The notes beneath the pieces were generated by a model. The model was not told the DNA's origin and did not search any database. It worked only from the letters and a program-made list of their open reading frames with translations. From positions 64,766 to 128,765 of the forward strand of contig JBKPAK010000008.1 in assembly GCA_046726415.1 (NCBI GenBank): DNA of 64,000 nucleotides, written 5' to 3'. This document shows positions 40,063-52,430 of the stretch, in pieces; the stretch's first letter is position 1, and each line of letters begins with the position of its first letter. This stretch comes from Candidatus Methylomirabilota bacterium (GTDB lineage: Bacteria; Methylomirabilota; Methylomirabilia; Rokubacteriales; CSP1-6). The position numbers were made by a program, and so were the translations under genes.

Positions 40063-40658
40063 AACGCGGGCTCGCGGTCGGTGTCGTGAGCGCGATTGCC
40101 CTGATGATCGCCCCGCCCGCCCACGCCTTCGACCCCGGCGAGATATTCGCCCGAAACACGTTCGTGCTCTCCGGCGAGGCGGCCTACGGCCATCAGTTCA
40201 ACCCCGAGAACTTCTCGCAGATCAGCGACGTCCAGTTCGTCAACGTGGGGGTGCGCTTCGGATGGCTTCCCTTCGATCCCGTGGGCCCCAGCGTTCTGCG
40301 CGGATCGCTGGAGGCCGGCCTGGAGCCCATCTACCAGCAGTACTTCGAGCCCTCGGTGGAATACTTCGCGGGACTGGCCGCCGTGCTGCGGTATCACTTC
40401 GTGTCCCTCGGTCGCTTCGTGCCGTACGTCGAGGTGGCAGGAGCGGCGGGAGGGACGAATCTGAAGACGCCCGAGATCGACTCGAGCTTCAGCTTCCTCC
40501 TCTTCGCCGGCCTCGGCGCCTCCTACTTCGTGGCCGACCGGGCGGCCATCTACGCCGGGTATCGCTGGACGCACCTGTCCAACGGCGGCACCAGCTCGCC
40601 CAACCGCGGGATCGAGGCCCATACCGCGGTCGTGGGCGTCTCGTGGTTCTTCAAGTAG
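40059..40658 (+). CDS. Outer-membrane acyloxyacyl hydrolase (PagL-like beta-barrel)
   Basis: Signal peptide, GYRWTHLSNGG (H-x-S-N), aromatic C-terminus. Confidence 0.75.
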   Translation: MKRGLAVGVVSAIALMIAPPAHAFDPGEIFARNTFVLSGEAAYGHQFNPENFSQISDVQFVNVGVRFGWLPFDPVGPSVLRGSLEAGLEPIYQQYFEPSVEYFAGLAAVLRYHFVSLGRFVPYVEVAGAAGGTNLKTPEIDSSFSFLLFAGLGASYFVADRAAIYAGYRWTHLSNGGTSSPNRGIEAHTAVVGVSWFFK

Positions 40659-40667
40659 AATCGGAGC

Positions 40668-41672
40668 ATGATTGCCGAGACGAGGCGACCCATCGCCGAG
40701 ATCGTGCTCGCCGGGCCCCGGGGCTTCTGTGCCGGCGTCGAGCGCGCCATCGACATCGTGGAGCTGGCCCTATCGGTCTGTTCGCCCCCCGTGTACGTGC
40801 GCAAGGAGATCGTGCACAACCGGCACGTGGTGGAGGACCTGCGCGCCAAGGGGGCCATCTTCGTCGACGAGCTGGACGAGGTGCCGGACGACGCGACAGT
40901 CATCTTCAGTGCCCACGGCATCTCGCCGGAGGTGCGCGGCGAGGCCAGGCAGCGCGGGTTGCGCGTGATCGACGCGACCTGCCCTCTCGTCACCAAGGTC
41001 CACCTGGAGGCCATTCGCTACGCCCGCGAGGGCTACTCGATCATCCTCATCGGCCACGCCGACCACGACGAGGTCATCGGGACGCTCGGGGAAGCCCCGG
41101 ACCGCATGATCGTCATCGACTCGGCGGCCGCGGTGGCAGCCCTCGAGGTCCCGAATCCGCAGAAGATCGCCTATCTGACCCAGACGACCCTGTCGGTGGA
41201 CGATACGCGCGACGTCATCGATGCCCTTCGCCGAAAGTTTCCGGCCATCGTGGGACCTTCGCGCGACGACATCTGCTACGCCACCCAGAACCGGCAAGCC
41301 GCCGTCAAGCACATTGCCGGTGACGTGGACGTCGTCCTGGTCATCGGGGCCGCCAACAGCTCCAACGCCAACCGGCTGGTCGAGGTGGCCGAAAGCGTGG
41401 GAACCCGGGCGTACCTCATCAATGACGTCGGGGACATCCGCGCCGAGTGGCTGCGCGGCGCCCGCCGCATTGGCGTGACCGCCGGCGCCTCGACCCCGGA
41501 GATCCTGGTGACGGAAGTGATGGAGGCTCTCCATCGCGATGGCGCCATGGTCCGGGAGGTGCGAGTGGTGGATGAAGACGTTCGCTTCGCGCTGCCCCAG
41601 GAGCTGGAACACATCGCGCGCGAACGAGGCGTGACCCCGCCCTCGCGGTCCGCCCCCCGGCAGTCCCTGTAA
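40668..41672 (+). CDS. ispH: 4-hydroxy-3-methylbut-2-enyl diphosphate reductase
   Basis: PRGFCAGVERA, EIVHN, DATCPLV, DICYATQNRQ, TAGASTPE. Confidence 0.95.
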   Translation: MIAETRRPIAEIVLAGPRGFCAGVERAIDIVELALSVCSPPVYVRKEIVHNRHVVEDLRAKGAIFVDELDEVPDDATVIFSAHGISPEVRGEARQRGLRVIDATCPLVTKVHLEAIRYAREGYSIILIGHADHDEVIGTLGEAPDRMIVIDSAAAVAALEVPNPQKIAYLTQTTLSVDDTRDVIDALRRKFPAIVGPSRDDICYATQNRQAAVKHIAGDVDVVLVIGAANSSNANRLVEVAESVGTRAYLINDVGDIRAEWLRGARRIGVTAGASTPEILVTEVMEALHRDGAMVREVRVVDEDVRFALPQELEHIARERGVTPPSRSAPRQSL

Positions 41673-41701
41673 CGCCAACCTCGACCACCAGTGGGAGGTC
41701 G

Positions 41702-42937
41702 GTGAGCTTCGTCTCTCATGTCGAGTGCACGGTCTGCCGCGCCGCGCACAATGCCCAGCGCGTGCTCACGGTGTGCGAGCAGTGCGGGCAGATGCTGGCC
41801 GTGCGCTACGACCTCGGACGGGTGGCGAGCTCGGTCACCAAGGACGCGTTGCAGCAGCGGCCGCCCGGGATGTATCGCTTTCGCGAGCTGACGCCCCTCG
41901 ACGATGGCGAAGGGCCGATCACCCTCGGCGAGGGCGGGACGCCACTCCTACCCCTGCCGCGTCTCGCGACGCACTTCGGCTTCCGGCAGGTATGGGGCAA
42001 GGACGAGGGGCAAAACCCCACCGACTCGTTCAAGGCGCGAGGCCTTGGCATGGCGATCACCCGGGCCCGGACGCTCGGCGCTCGTGGCTTCATGATCCCC
42101 TCGGCCGGGAATGCGGGGGGCGCGGCTGCGGTCTACGGTGCCCGGGCCGGGATACCCGTGGCCGTCATCGTGCCCCGCGGGACGCCGGCCGCGGCGGTCG
42201 CCGAGGCGTTGATCGCGGGGGCCCACGTCTTCACCGTGGAGGGCTCCATCGCCACCGCGGGCAGGATCGTGGGACATGTGGCGCCTCAGATCGGCTGGTT
42301 CGACCTCTCGACCTTGAAGGAGCCGTATCGCCTCGAGGGAAAGAAGACCATGGGACTCGAGCTGGCCGAACAGCTCGACTGGTCCATGCCCGATGTCCTG
42401 CTCTATCCCACCGGCGGGGGCACCGGTCTGGTCGGGATCCCCAAGGGCTACGAGGAACTTCGCGCGATGGGGTGGCTCCGCGGCGCGCTGCCGCGGTTTT
42501 ACGCCGTACAGGCCGAGGGCTGCGCGCCGGTGGTCAAGGCCTTCCGGGAAGGCGCGGAGACCACGACGGCGTGGGACGACCCGGTGACCCACGCGGCAGG
42601 GCTCCGCGTGCCCTCGCCGTTCGCGGGTCGCCAGATGCTCCGCGTGCTGCGCGACTCGGGTGGCGGGGCAGTGGCCGTGAGCGAGCGAGATATCGCCGAG
42701 GCTCAGCGTCTGCTCGCCCGGCTGGAAGGCGTGTGGACGGCCCCCGAGGGCGCGGCCCTGGTGGCGGCTCTGGGCCGTCTCAAGGATCGCGGTGAGGTGA
42801 CGCCCGACACCCGGATCGTCCTGGTGCTCACGGGGACCGGCATCAAGTACGAGCCACCGGCTTTGCCCCCGCCGACGGGGCTGCGCGGGGGGGAGGACGA
42901 GATGGTCAGCCACGTGAAGCGCGCCCTCGGCGTCTGA
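41702..42937 (+). CDS. Threonine synthase-like PLP enzyme (second paralog)
   Basis: N-terminal CxxC/CxxC, NPTDSFKARG, PSAGNAG, YPTGGGTG. Confidence 0.8.
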   Translation: MSFVSHVECTVCRAAHNAQRVLTVCEQCGQMLAVRYDLGRVASSVTKDALQQRPPGMYRFRELTPLDDGEGPITLGEGGTPLLPLPRLATHFGFRQVWGKDEGQNPTDSFKARGLGMAITRARTLGARGFMIPSAGNAGGAAAVYGARAGIPVAVIVPRGTPAAAVAEALIAGAHVFTVEGSIATAGRIVGHVAPQIGWFDLSTLKEPYRLEGKKTMGLELAEQLDWSMPDVLLYPTGGGTGLVGIPKGYEELRAMGWLRGALPRFYAVQAEGCAPVVKAFREGAETTTAWDDPVTHAAGLRVPSPFAGRQMLRVLRDSGGGAVAVSERDIAEAQRLLARLEGVWTAPEGAALVAALGRLKDRGEVTPDTRIVLVLTGTGIKYEPPALPPPTGLRGGEDEMVSHVKRALGV

Positions 42938-43000
42938 GGCAGGCTCCCGCCCTGTGGTAGCATCACGATTACCGCATCGCTCTTCCCGGGAGGCCGGTCA

Positions 43001-45079
<2,079 letters not shown>

Positions 45080-45086
45080 ATCAACG

Positions 45087-47204
45087 TCACGGGGCGTTGC
45101 GCGCGAGGGGGGCCTTGACCGCGCTGAGCCCGCCGCCCGCCTGACGCTGGTGAAGGGTTTCCACGGCCGCGTCGTCGCTCCGGAAGATGTTGTCCTCGCC
45201 GATCTCCGTCAGAAGGCCGGTGCGGGAGAGGACGCGCAGCACCTGGTGCTTGAGCCCGCTGAAGCAAAGGGTGACGCCGCTTTCCCGAAGGCGACGGTTG
45301 AGGTGGCGAATGACCTGCTCGCCCGAGGCGTCGAGCCGGTTGATCCCGCTCCCCACGATGAGGATGTGCCGCGCCCTCGGAAAGCGGGCGGCCACCTCCA
45401 AGATCGCATCCTCGAAGTACGAGACGTTGCCGAAGTAGAGCTGACCGTCGAACCGCACGGCGGCCACCGTCTCGCTGAGGGGCAGACCGTGCAGGTCGGC
45501 GTCGCGGAGTGTGCCGTCGGGGTGTCGGCCGAGCACCGCCAGCCGAGGCCGCATGGTGCGGATCAGGAACAGGACGAGGGCGAGCCCGACACCGACCAGG
45601 ATGCCCACATCGAGATGCGGCGCGAGGCCGAGGGTGACCACGAAAGTGGCGACCGCCGCGGCGCCGTCGTGGCGTTCGGCCTGCCACGCCTGTCGCATGG
45701 CGTGGAAGTCGATCAGTCCCACCACCGCGGTCATGATGATCGCGGCCAGCACCGATTGCGGCAGGTGGTAGAGGAGCGGGGTGAGGAACAGGAGCGTCAC
45801 GAGCACCACCAGCCCGCTGACTACCGACGCCAGACCGGTGCGGCCCCCGGCATGGAGGGCGAGCGCCGAGCGCGAGAAGGAGCCACTCACCGGGAACGCC
45901 TGAGACAGGCTCGCGGCGATGTTGGCCAAGCCCTGGCCGACCAGCTCTTGATTCGGGTCGAGTCGTTGCCTGGTCTTGGTGGCGATCGCCCTGGCGCTCG
46001 ACATGGCTTCGGCGAGGCCGACGAGGGCCACGACAAACGCAGGGACCAGGAGCGAGGGGAGTGTCTCTGAGCTGATCCGGGGAAGCTCCAGGCGAGGTAC
46101 CCCGGCCGGGATGCGGCCCACCACCTCTCCGCCGCCGACGAGTTCCAGCCGGTCCCCTTCGAAGCGGCCGATTCGCCACCGAGAGCCGTCGCCGGTAGCC
46201 CCGGCGGGAAGCCGCCCGGGCGCGAAGAGCCTGCCGCGAACCGAGGCGGGCACGTCGCCCCGCTCGAAGATGAACCGGCGCAGATCGCTGAGCCGCGTCC
46301 GGTTCTCCGTCACCGCGCCCTTGAGCTCCAGGTTGAGGATCTCGACCTGGTAGCGGATGGCCGCGGTGTGCGCGCTTCCCTCCGGGTTGGCCCGGGTCGA
46401 GTCCTTCAGCGCGGCCGCGCGCTCGCCGATCTGCTGGCGAAGCTTCGCGATACCGGCCTCGGTGGTGACGTAGTCCTGGGCGAGTGCGCGCACGGCGGGG
46501 TCGGCGATGTCGTCGACGCTCGCGCGGCCGCTCCGTTCGAAGCCGATGCCCCAGCTCACCAAGGTGGTGAGGACGGCGGCCACGAGAACCGCGGGCATCC
46601 TCGGTTGGAACCGCTTGAGCAGCACGATGATCGCGGCGGCCGCGACACCCATCCCGAGCGTCGGCAGGTGGGTGTTGCCGGCCTGCAGGAGCACGGCCCA
46701 GATATCCCGGAGGAACAGCTCGTTCCTTTCCCCCGCCAGGCCGAGGAGCCGCGGCAGCTGGGAGAGTGCAATGATGATGGCCGCGGCGTTGGTGAAACCC
46801 ACGAGCACGGAATGGGACAGAAAGTTCACGATCACCCCGAGCTTGAACACTCCAAGGGCGACGCGCACCAGTCCTGCCAGCAGGGCGAGGGCGATGGCCA
46901 GCGCGATGAACTGCTCGGAGCCGGGCGTGGCCAGAGGGAGCAGCACCGAGGCGGTGAGCAGTGAGGTCACGGCCACCGGCCCGGTCGCCAGGTGCCGGGA
47001 CGAACCCCAGAGCGCGCCGACGATGACGGGCAGAAAGGCCGCGTAGAGCCCGTGGTTGGCGGGCATGCCGGCGAGCTGCGCGTAGGCCATGGCCTGGGGC
47101 ACCAGGACCAGTGCCACGGTCATACCCGCCAGCACGTCGGCCGCGAGCCCGGCGCGATTCATGGGAAGCCACGTCAGGAACGGCAACCAGCGACCAGGGT
47201 TCAT
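45087..47204 (-). CDS. SulP/SLC26 anion transporter with STAS domain and a soluble insertion
   Basis: VPQAMAYAQLAG, NQELVGQGLANI, GSFSRSA, FDGQLYFGN. Confidence 0.88.
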   Translation of the reverse strand: MNPGRWLPFLTWLPMNRAGLAADVLAGMTVALVLVPQAMAYAQLAGMPANHGLYAAFLPVIVGALWGSSRHLATGPVAVTSLLTASVLLPLATPGSEQFIALAIALALLAGLVRVALGVFKLGVIVNFLSHSVLVGFTNAAAIIIALSQLPRLLGLAGERNELFLRDIWAVLLQAGNTHLPTLGMGVAAAAIIVLLKRFQPRMPAVLVAAVLTTLVSWGIGFERSGRASVDDIADPAVRALAQDYVTTEAGIAKLRQQIGERAAALKDSTRANPEGSAHTAAIRYQVEILNLELKGAVTENRTRLSDLRRFIFERGDVPASVRGRLFAPGRLPAGATGDGSRWRIGRFEGDRLELVGGGEVVGRIPAGVPRLELPRISSETLPSLLVPAFVVALVGLAEAMSSARAIATKTRQRLDPNQELVGQGLANIAASLSQAFPVSGSFSRSALALHAGGRTGLASVVSGLVVLVTLLFLTPLLYHLPQSVLAAIIMTAVVGLIDFHAMRQAWQAERHDGAAAVATFVVTLGLAPHLDVGILVGVGLALVLFLIRTMRPRLAVLGRHPDGTLRDADLHGLPLSETVAAVRFDGQLYFGNVSYFEDAILEVAARFPRARHILIVGSGINRLDASGEQVIRHLNRRLRESGVTLCFSGLKHQVLRVLSRTGLLTEIGEDNIFRSDDAAVETLHQRQAGGGLSAVKAPLARNAP

Positions 47205-47256
47205 CCGCAACGAAGTGTAGATCGCCTCCGGCGGTCGAGAACCCGGGCCAGGGTCG

Positions 47257-48246
47257 TTACGAACCTCGGAGGCGGGGGTCGAGCACGTCGCGCAGGGCGT
47301 CGCCGAGCATGTTGAAACCGAACACGGCGAGCGAGATGGCCACGCCGGGCCAGATGGCCATCCACGGCGCGCGGAACATGTAGGTGCGGCCCGAGCCAGA
47401 CAGCATCGCCCCCCACGATGGATAGGGTGGTGGCACGCCAAACCCGAGGAAGGATAGGGCCGACTCGGCCAGGATGGCCGCGCCCAGGCCGATGGTGGCC
47501 AGGATGATGATCGTCGCCACCACGTTGGGTAGGATGTGGCGCACGATGATGCGCGCGTGGCCGCATCCCATGGCGCGGGCCGCTTCCACGAAGGCGTGCT
47601 GGGCCACCGCGATGGTCGTCCCGCGGATCACTCGTGAGTTGGTGGCGGTGATGATGAGCGAGAGCGACAGGACGACGTTCAAGAGCCCGGGGCCGAGCAC
47701 GGCCATGACCGAGAGCACGATGATCAAGTAGGGGAACGAGAGCCACGCGTCCACCACCCGCTGCACCACCAGGTCATAGGCGCCGCCGAAGTATCCGCTG
47801 GAAATCCCCACGGCGGTCGCCATGACGGTGGCGAGCCCGATCGTCAAGAAGCCCACGGTGATGGACACCCGCGCCCCGTACACGATCCGGCTCCACATGT
47901 CGCGGCTCAGATTGTCAGTCCCGAGCCAATGCGTCGCGCTCGGTGCCTTCATGCGGGCGCCGCGCACCGTCTCGTCGTAGCCATAGGGCGCGATCCGCTC
48001 GGCAAACACCGCCATGACAAGCATGGCCACCACGATGAGCCCTCCCAGCGCTCCCAGCGGCTTGCGCCGCGCGAACCGCAAGGTCCAGAGGAGTCCGCCG
48101 AGCCCTCGCCCGTGAGCGGGCCGCGCCGGGAGCGATCCAGCTCGTTCGAGCGCAGGCTCCGGCTGGGCAATCCCGGGTTGAGGTCCAGAAAGGGGCCGGA
48201 GCCCCCCTCCCGCCCTAGTAGCGGATGCGCGGATCGAGGACGGCAT
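47257..48246 (-). CDS. ABC transporter permease (DppC/OppC family); start uncertain
   Basis: HWLGTDNLSRD, EAARAMG, HILPN, GDALRDVLDPR. Confidence 0.85.
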   Translation of the reverse strand: MPSSIRASATRAGGGLRPLSGPQPGIAQPEPALERAGSLPARPAHGRGLGGLLWTLRFARRKPLGALGGLIVVAMLVMAVFAERIAPYGYDETVRGARMKAPSATHWLGTDNLSRDMWSRIVYGARVSITVGFLTIGLATVMATAVGISSGYFGGAYDLVVQRVVDAWLSFPYLIIVLSVMAVLGPGLLNVVLSLSLIITATNSRVIRGTTIAVAQHAFVEAARAMGCGHARIIVRHILPNVVATIIILATIGLGAAILAESALSFLGFGVPPPYPSWGAMLSGSGRTYMFRAPWMAIWPGVAISLAVFGFNMLGDALRDVLDPRLRGS

Positions 48247-49159
48247 AGAGTGCGTCGACCGTGAGGTTCACCAGGATGACGGCCGACACCACCACCAGGT
48301 TGACCCCCTGGATGACCGGATAGTCGCGCTGATTGATGGCGTCGAAGAGAAAGCGACTCATGCCGGGCAAGCCGAAGATCGTCTCGATGATGACGGTGCC
48401 TCCGATGATCTGGGGCAGCTGGGTGCCGAGCAAGGTCACCACGGGAATGACCGCATTGCGCAGGCTGTGCTTGACGACGATGACGCCTTCCCCGAGGCCC
48501 TTGGCCCAGGCGGTCCGCACATAGTCCTGGCGCAAGACCTCCAGAAGCATGCCGCGCGTCAGTCGCATGAGCGCCGCGGCTGCCGCGATGCCGAGGATGA
48601 CCGCGGGGAGCATGAGCTGACTGAGATGTCCCCACGGGTCCTTGGTCAGCTCGGTGAACCCGGTGAGGGGGCGCCAGCCCCACCAGATGGCGGGCAGCAC
48701 GATGACCAAGGTGGCCAGCCAGAAGCCTGGGACGGAGAGGCCCAGGATGGCCGCGCTGCGCGCCACGTAGTCGCGAAGGGTGTCCTGGCGCGTCGCCGAG
48801 ATCACCCCCACGGGAAGGGCGATGAGCAGGGCGATAATGACGGCCATCAGGGCCAGCTCGAGGGTCACCGGAAGGCGTCGGCCGATCTCTTCGATGACCG
48901 GGCGCCGGGTCCACAGCGACTCGCCGAGATCACCGCGCAGGGCCCGGCCCGCCCACTCGAAGTACTGGATGTAGAGGGGGCGGCTCAGCCCGAGTTTCTC
49001 GCGCAGCTCCTGGAGGTCCTTGGCGTAGGCCTTTTCCTCGAGCATGAGCTGGACGACGTCCCCGGGAATGAGGCGCGGCAGCGTGAAGACGATGAGCGAG
49101 GCGATGAGCAGCGAGGGAATCGCCACGAAGAGGCGCTTGGCGAGATAGCGCCTGAGCAT
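48215..49159 (-). CDS. ABC transporter permease (DppB/OppB family)
   Basis: GDLGES, DYVRTAWAKGL, HSLRNA, RDYPVIQG, LDPRIRY. Confidence 0.9.
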   Translation of the reverse strand: MLRRYLAKRLFVAIPSLLIASLIVFTLPRLIPGDVVQLMLEEKAYAKDLQELREKLGLSRPLYIQYFEWAGRALRGDLGESLWTRRPVIEEIGRRLPVTLELALMAVIIALLIALPVGVISATRQDTLRDYVARSAAILGLSVPGFWLATLVIVLPAIWWGWRPLTGFTELTKDPWGHLSQLMLPAVILGIAAAAALMRLTRGMLLEVLRQDYVRTAWAKGLGEGVIVVKHSLRNAVIPVVTLLGTQLPQIIGGTVIIETIFGLPGMSRFLFDAINQRDYPVIQGVNLVVVSAVILVNLTVDALYAVLDPRIRY

Positions 49160-49163
49160 GGGC

Positions 49164-50789
49164 TCAGCGGTCGAGCCAGGCGGCCATGAGGCGGCCGCCG
49201 TAGTCGTAGCCGACGTTGGGGCCGTAGTTCTTGAGCGCGCCTTCCCACACCGCCACGTACACCCCGGAGGGGATCTGCACGTAGTACTGCTGCTTGGCCA
49301 GATAACGCTGGATCTCGTAGATGATCTCGCGGCGCTTGGCCACGTCGAAGGTGCGCCGCTGGCGCACGAGCATGTCGGCCACCACGGGATCGTTGATGTG
49401 GCTCTGGTTCTTCGGCTCCCCAGGGTAGTACTGGGCATAGAGGAAGTTGTCGGGATCGAGGAATGGCGTCTGGGGGCCGTAGGTCATCGACGGGAAGTTG
49501 CCGTTGAAGCACGTCGCGATGTAGGCCCCGTACTCCTTCTGCTCGAGCTTGGCCTCGATCCCCACGTCCTTCAGGTTCTTGAGGATGATCTGCATGGCGT
49601 CGACCAGGACGGTCGAACCGTAGGTGGTGAAGCACATGGTGCCCGGGAACCCCTGCGGGTAGCCGGCGGCGGCCAGCAGCCGCTTGGCCTCGGCCGGGTC
49701 ATACTTATAGTACTTGGCCCCTTCGCCGAGCTGATTCATGGGGATCGACCAGTCCTTCAGGGCGGCGGGCACGGCGGGGTTGAAGACCCCCACGCCCTCC
49801 GCGGTGGCGTCGAGGATGCCCTGCCGATCGATGGCCAGGGACATGGCCTGCCGAACGCGCACATCGCCGAACGGCTTCTGGTCCGTTCGCATGGAGATAT
49901 GGCTCATCACGTTGGCCGGGAACTCCGCCGTGCGCAGATGGGGCCGCGTGCTCTTCAGTTTGTCCGCGATCTGCACCCAGTCCGTGCGATTGATGATGCC
50001 GGGGTTCTCCCACCCCAGGTCGTACTTGCCGCTGAGAAAGGCGGCGATGCGCGAGGCGTTGTCCTCGTCGACGGAGACCTCGACCCGGTCGATGTACGGC
50101 AGCCCCGGGAGGAAATAGTTCGGGTTGCGGACGAAGGTGTAGCCCTGGTTCGGCCGGTAGCTGTCGAGCATCCAGGGGCCGGTGCCGATCACCGCCTCGG
50201 CCTTCTTGAGATCCCCGAACTTCTCGACGACTTCCTTGGCCACGATGGCCACGGCCATGGGCGAGGCCAGCATATCGAGCAGCCAGGCGAAGGGCTCCTT
50301 AGTGGTGATCTTGACGGTGTACTTGTCGGTCGCCTCGACCTTGTCCACCGACTTCAGCATGTAGGCGTTGGAGTTGCCCTTGACCGTCATGAAGCGCTCG
50401 AGGCTGTACTTGACGTCGTCGGCCGTGAGTTCGCGGCCGTTGACCGGGGGCTTGTTGTGCCAGCGCACACCCCGGCGCAGCTTGAAGAGATAGGTCGTCT
50501 CGTTGGGCTGGGTCCACGACTCGGCGAGATCGCCCTCCAGGGGGAAGGTGCCGGGGGCGACGGACGGCCCCGCTTTTTGCTTGACCAGGCGGCTGTGGGT
50601 GAAGGACAGCGCGATGTTGGTCTTGTAGGAAATGATCAGCATGTGATCGAAGTGCGGTGGATCCCACAGGCGCAGCGACACGGTGCCGCCGCGCTTGGGG
50701 CTTTGCGCGCGCGTCAGCGCGGGTACCAACGCCGTGCCGGCGGCGGCGAGGCCGGCCACGGCGAGCACAGTGCGACGGGTCAGGTCCAT
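49164..50789 (-). CDS. Family 5 ABC substrate-binding protein, Tat-exported
   Basis: MDLTRRTVL Tat signal, LAESW, IGTGPW. Confidence 0.88.
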   Translation of the reverse strand: MDLTRRTVLAVAGLAAAGTALVPALTRAQSPKRGGTVSLRLWDPPHFDHMLIISYKTNIALSFTHSRLVKQKAGPSVAPGTFPLEGDLAESWTQPNETTYLFKLRRGVRWHNKPPVNGRELTADDVKYSLERFMTVKGNSNAYMLKSVDKVEATDKYTVKITTKEPFAWLLDMLASPMAVAIVAKEVVEKFGDLKKAEAVIGTGPWMLDSYRPNQGYTFVRNPNYFLPGLPYIDRVEVSVDEDNASRIAAFLSGKYDLGWENPGIINRTDWVQIADKLKSTRPHLRTAEFPANVMSHISMRTDQKPFGDVRVRQAMSLAIDRQGILDATAEGVGVFNPAVPAALKDWSIPMNQLGEGAKYYKYDPAEAKRLLAAAGYPQGFPGTMCFTTYGSTVLVDAMQIILKNLKDVGIEAKLEQKEYGAYIATCFNGNFPSMTYGPQTPFLDPDNFLYAQYYPGEPKNQSHINDPVVADMLVRQRRTFDVAKRREIIYEIQRYLAKQQYYVQIPSGVYVAVWEGALKNYGPNVGYDYGGRLMAAWLDR

Positions 50790-50804
50790 GCGGGCTGGTC
50801 TCCT

Positions 50805-52430
50805 TCAGCGATCGAGCCAGGCGGCCAGGAGTCGACCGCCGTAGTCGAAGCCGAGATTGGGTCCGTAGTTCTTGAGGGCCCCCTCCCACACGGCGACATA
50901 CACGCCGGAGGGCACGTGGACGTAGTACTGCTTGATGGCCAGGTAGCGCTGGATCTCATGGATGACCTCTCGGCGTTTCGCCGGGTCGAAGGCGCGGCGC
51001 TGGCGCACGATGAGGTCGGTCAGCACGGGGTCGTTGATGTGGCTCTGATTCCGCGTTTCGTCCGGGTAGTGATGGCCGAAGAGGAACGAGTCGGGATCGA
51101 GGGCCGCCGTCTGCGGCCCGAACGTCAGCGAATCGAATTTCCCGTAATAGCAGGTCGACAGATAGGCGCCGTATTCCTTCTGATCGAGCTTGGCGTCGAT
51201 GCCGATATTCTTGAGATCCTTCAGGACGAGCTGGGTGGTGTCGACGAGCAAGGTCGATCCGTACGTGGTGAAGCACACGCTGGCCCCAAAACCATTCGGA
51301 TAGCCGGCCGCGGCCAGCAGCTTCTTGGCCTCGCCGGGATTGTGCTTATAGGAGGCCGCGCCCGGCCCCAGCTGCTCCACGGGCAGCGACCATTCCTTGA
51401 GCGCGTAGGGCACGGGCGGATTGAAGACGCCCACCCCCTCCAGCACCGCGTCTATGATGCCCTTTCGATCAATGGCCATCGACATCGCCTGCCGGACCCG
51501 CACGTCATTGAACGGCGTCTTGTCCGTGCGCATGAAGATCCCCGTCATGACGTTGGAGGGGTACTCCGCGGTCTTGAGCATGGGGCGCGATGCCTTCAGC
51601 TTGTCCTTGATCTGCACCCAGTCGGTCCGATTGATCGTCCCGGGAAACTCCCAGCCGAGGTCGTATTTGCCCGCCAGAAAGGCCGACATCCGCGAGGCGT
51701 TGTCCTCGTCAACCGCCATCTCGACTCGGTCGATGTAGGGGAGCCCCGGGAGGAAGTAGCTCGGGTTGCGGACGAGGGTCATCCCCTGATTGGGTCGGTA
51801 GCTGTCGAGCATGTACGGCCCGGTGCCGACGACGGCCTCGGCCTTCTTCAAGTCGCCGTGCTTGTCGACGACCTCCTTGGCCACGATGGCCAGCACCATC
51901 GGATTGGCCAGCATGTCGAGAAACCAGGCAAACGGTTCCTTGAGGGTGAACTTCACGGTGTGGGCATCGAGCGCCTCCACCTTGTCGACCGACCGGAGCA
52001 TATAGGCGTTGGCGTTGCCCTTGACGGTGAGGAAGCGCTCGACGGAGTAGCGAATATCGTCGGCGGTGAGCTCGCGGCCATTCACCGGGGGCTTGTTGTG
52101 CCAGCGCACCCCGCGCCGCAGCTTGACGATGTACGTGGTCTCGCTGGGCTGTGTCCAGGATTCGGCCAGGTCGCCTTCGAGGGGAAAGGTGCCCGGCTGA
52201 ACGCCGGGGCCCGCCTTGTGCTTGAGGAGGCGGCTGTGGGTGAAGCTGAGGGGGATGTGAGTCTTGTAAGAGACGGTGAGCATGTGGTCAAAGTGCGGGG
52301 GGTCCCAGGTGCGCAGGGCCAACGTGCCGCCGCGCTTCGGCGCCTGGGCATGGGCGCTCCCGGGCCGGAGCGCCGTGCCTGTGAGAGCGAGACTGCCGCT
52401 GCGCAGGAGTTCGCGCCGGCTGAGCTTCAT
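50805..52430 (-). CDS. Family 5 ABC substrate-binding protein, Tat-exported (tandem paralog)
   Basis: MKLSRRELL Tat signal after GGAGGAGG RBS; long stretches identical to 49164-50789. Confidence 0.88.
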   Translation of the reverse strand: MKLSRRELLRSGSLALTGTALRPGSAHAQAPKRGGTLALRTWDPPHFDHMLTVSYKTHIPLSFTHSRLLKHKAGPGVQPGTFPLEGDLAESWTQPSETTYIVKLRRGVRWHNKPPVNGRELTADDIRYSVERFLTVKGNANAYMLRSVDKVEALDAHTVKFTLKEPFAWFLDMLANPMVLAIVAKEVVDKHGDLKKAEAVVGTGPYMLDSYRPNQGMTLVRNPSYFLPGLPYIDRVEMAVDEDNASRMSAFLAGKYDLGWEFPGTINRTDWVQIKDKLKASRPMLKTAEYPSNVMTGIFMRTDKTPFNDVRVRQAMSMAIDRKGIIDAVLEGVGVFNPPVPYALKEWSLPVEQLGPGAASYKHNPGEAKKLLAAAGYPNGFGASVCFTTYGSTLLVDTTQLVLKDLKNIGIDAKLDQKEYGAYLSTCYYGKFDSLTFGPQTAALDPDSFLFGHHYPDETRNQSHINDPVLTDLIVRQRRAFDPAKRREVIHEIQRYLAIKQYYVHVPSGVYVAVWEGALKNYGPNLGFDYGGRLLAAWLDR

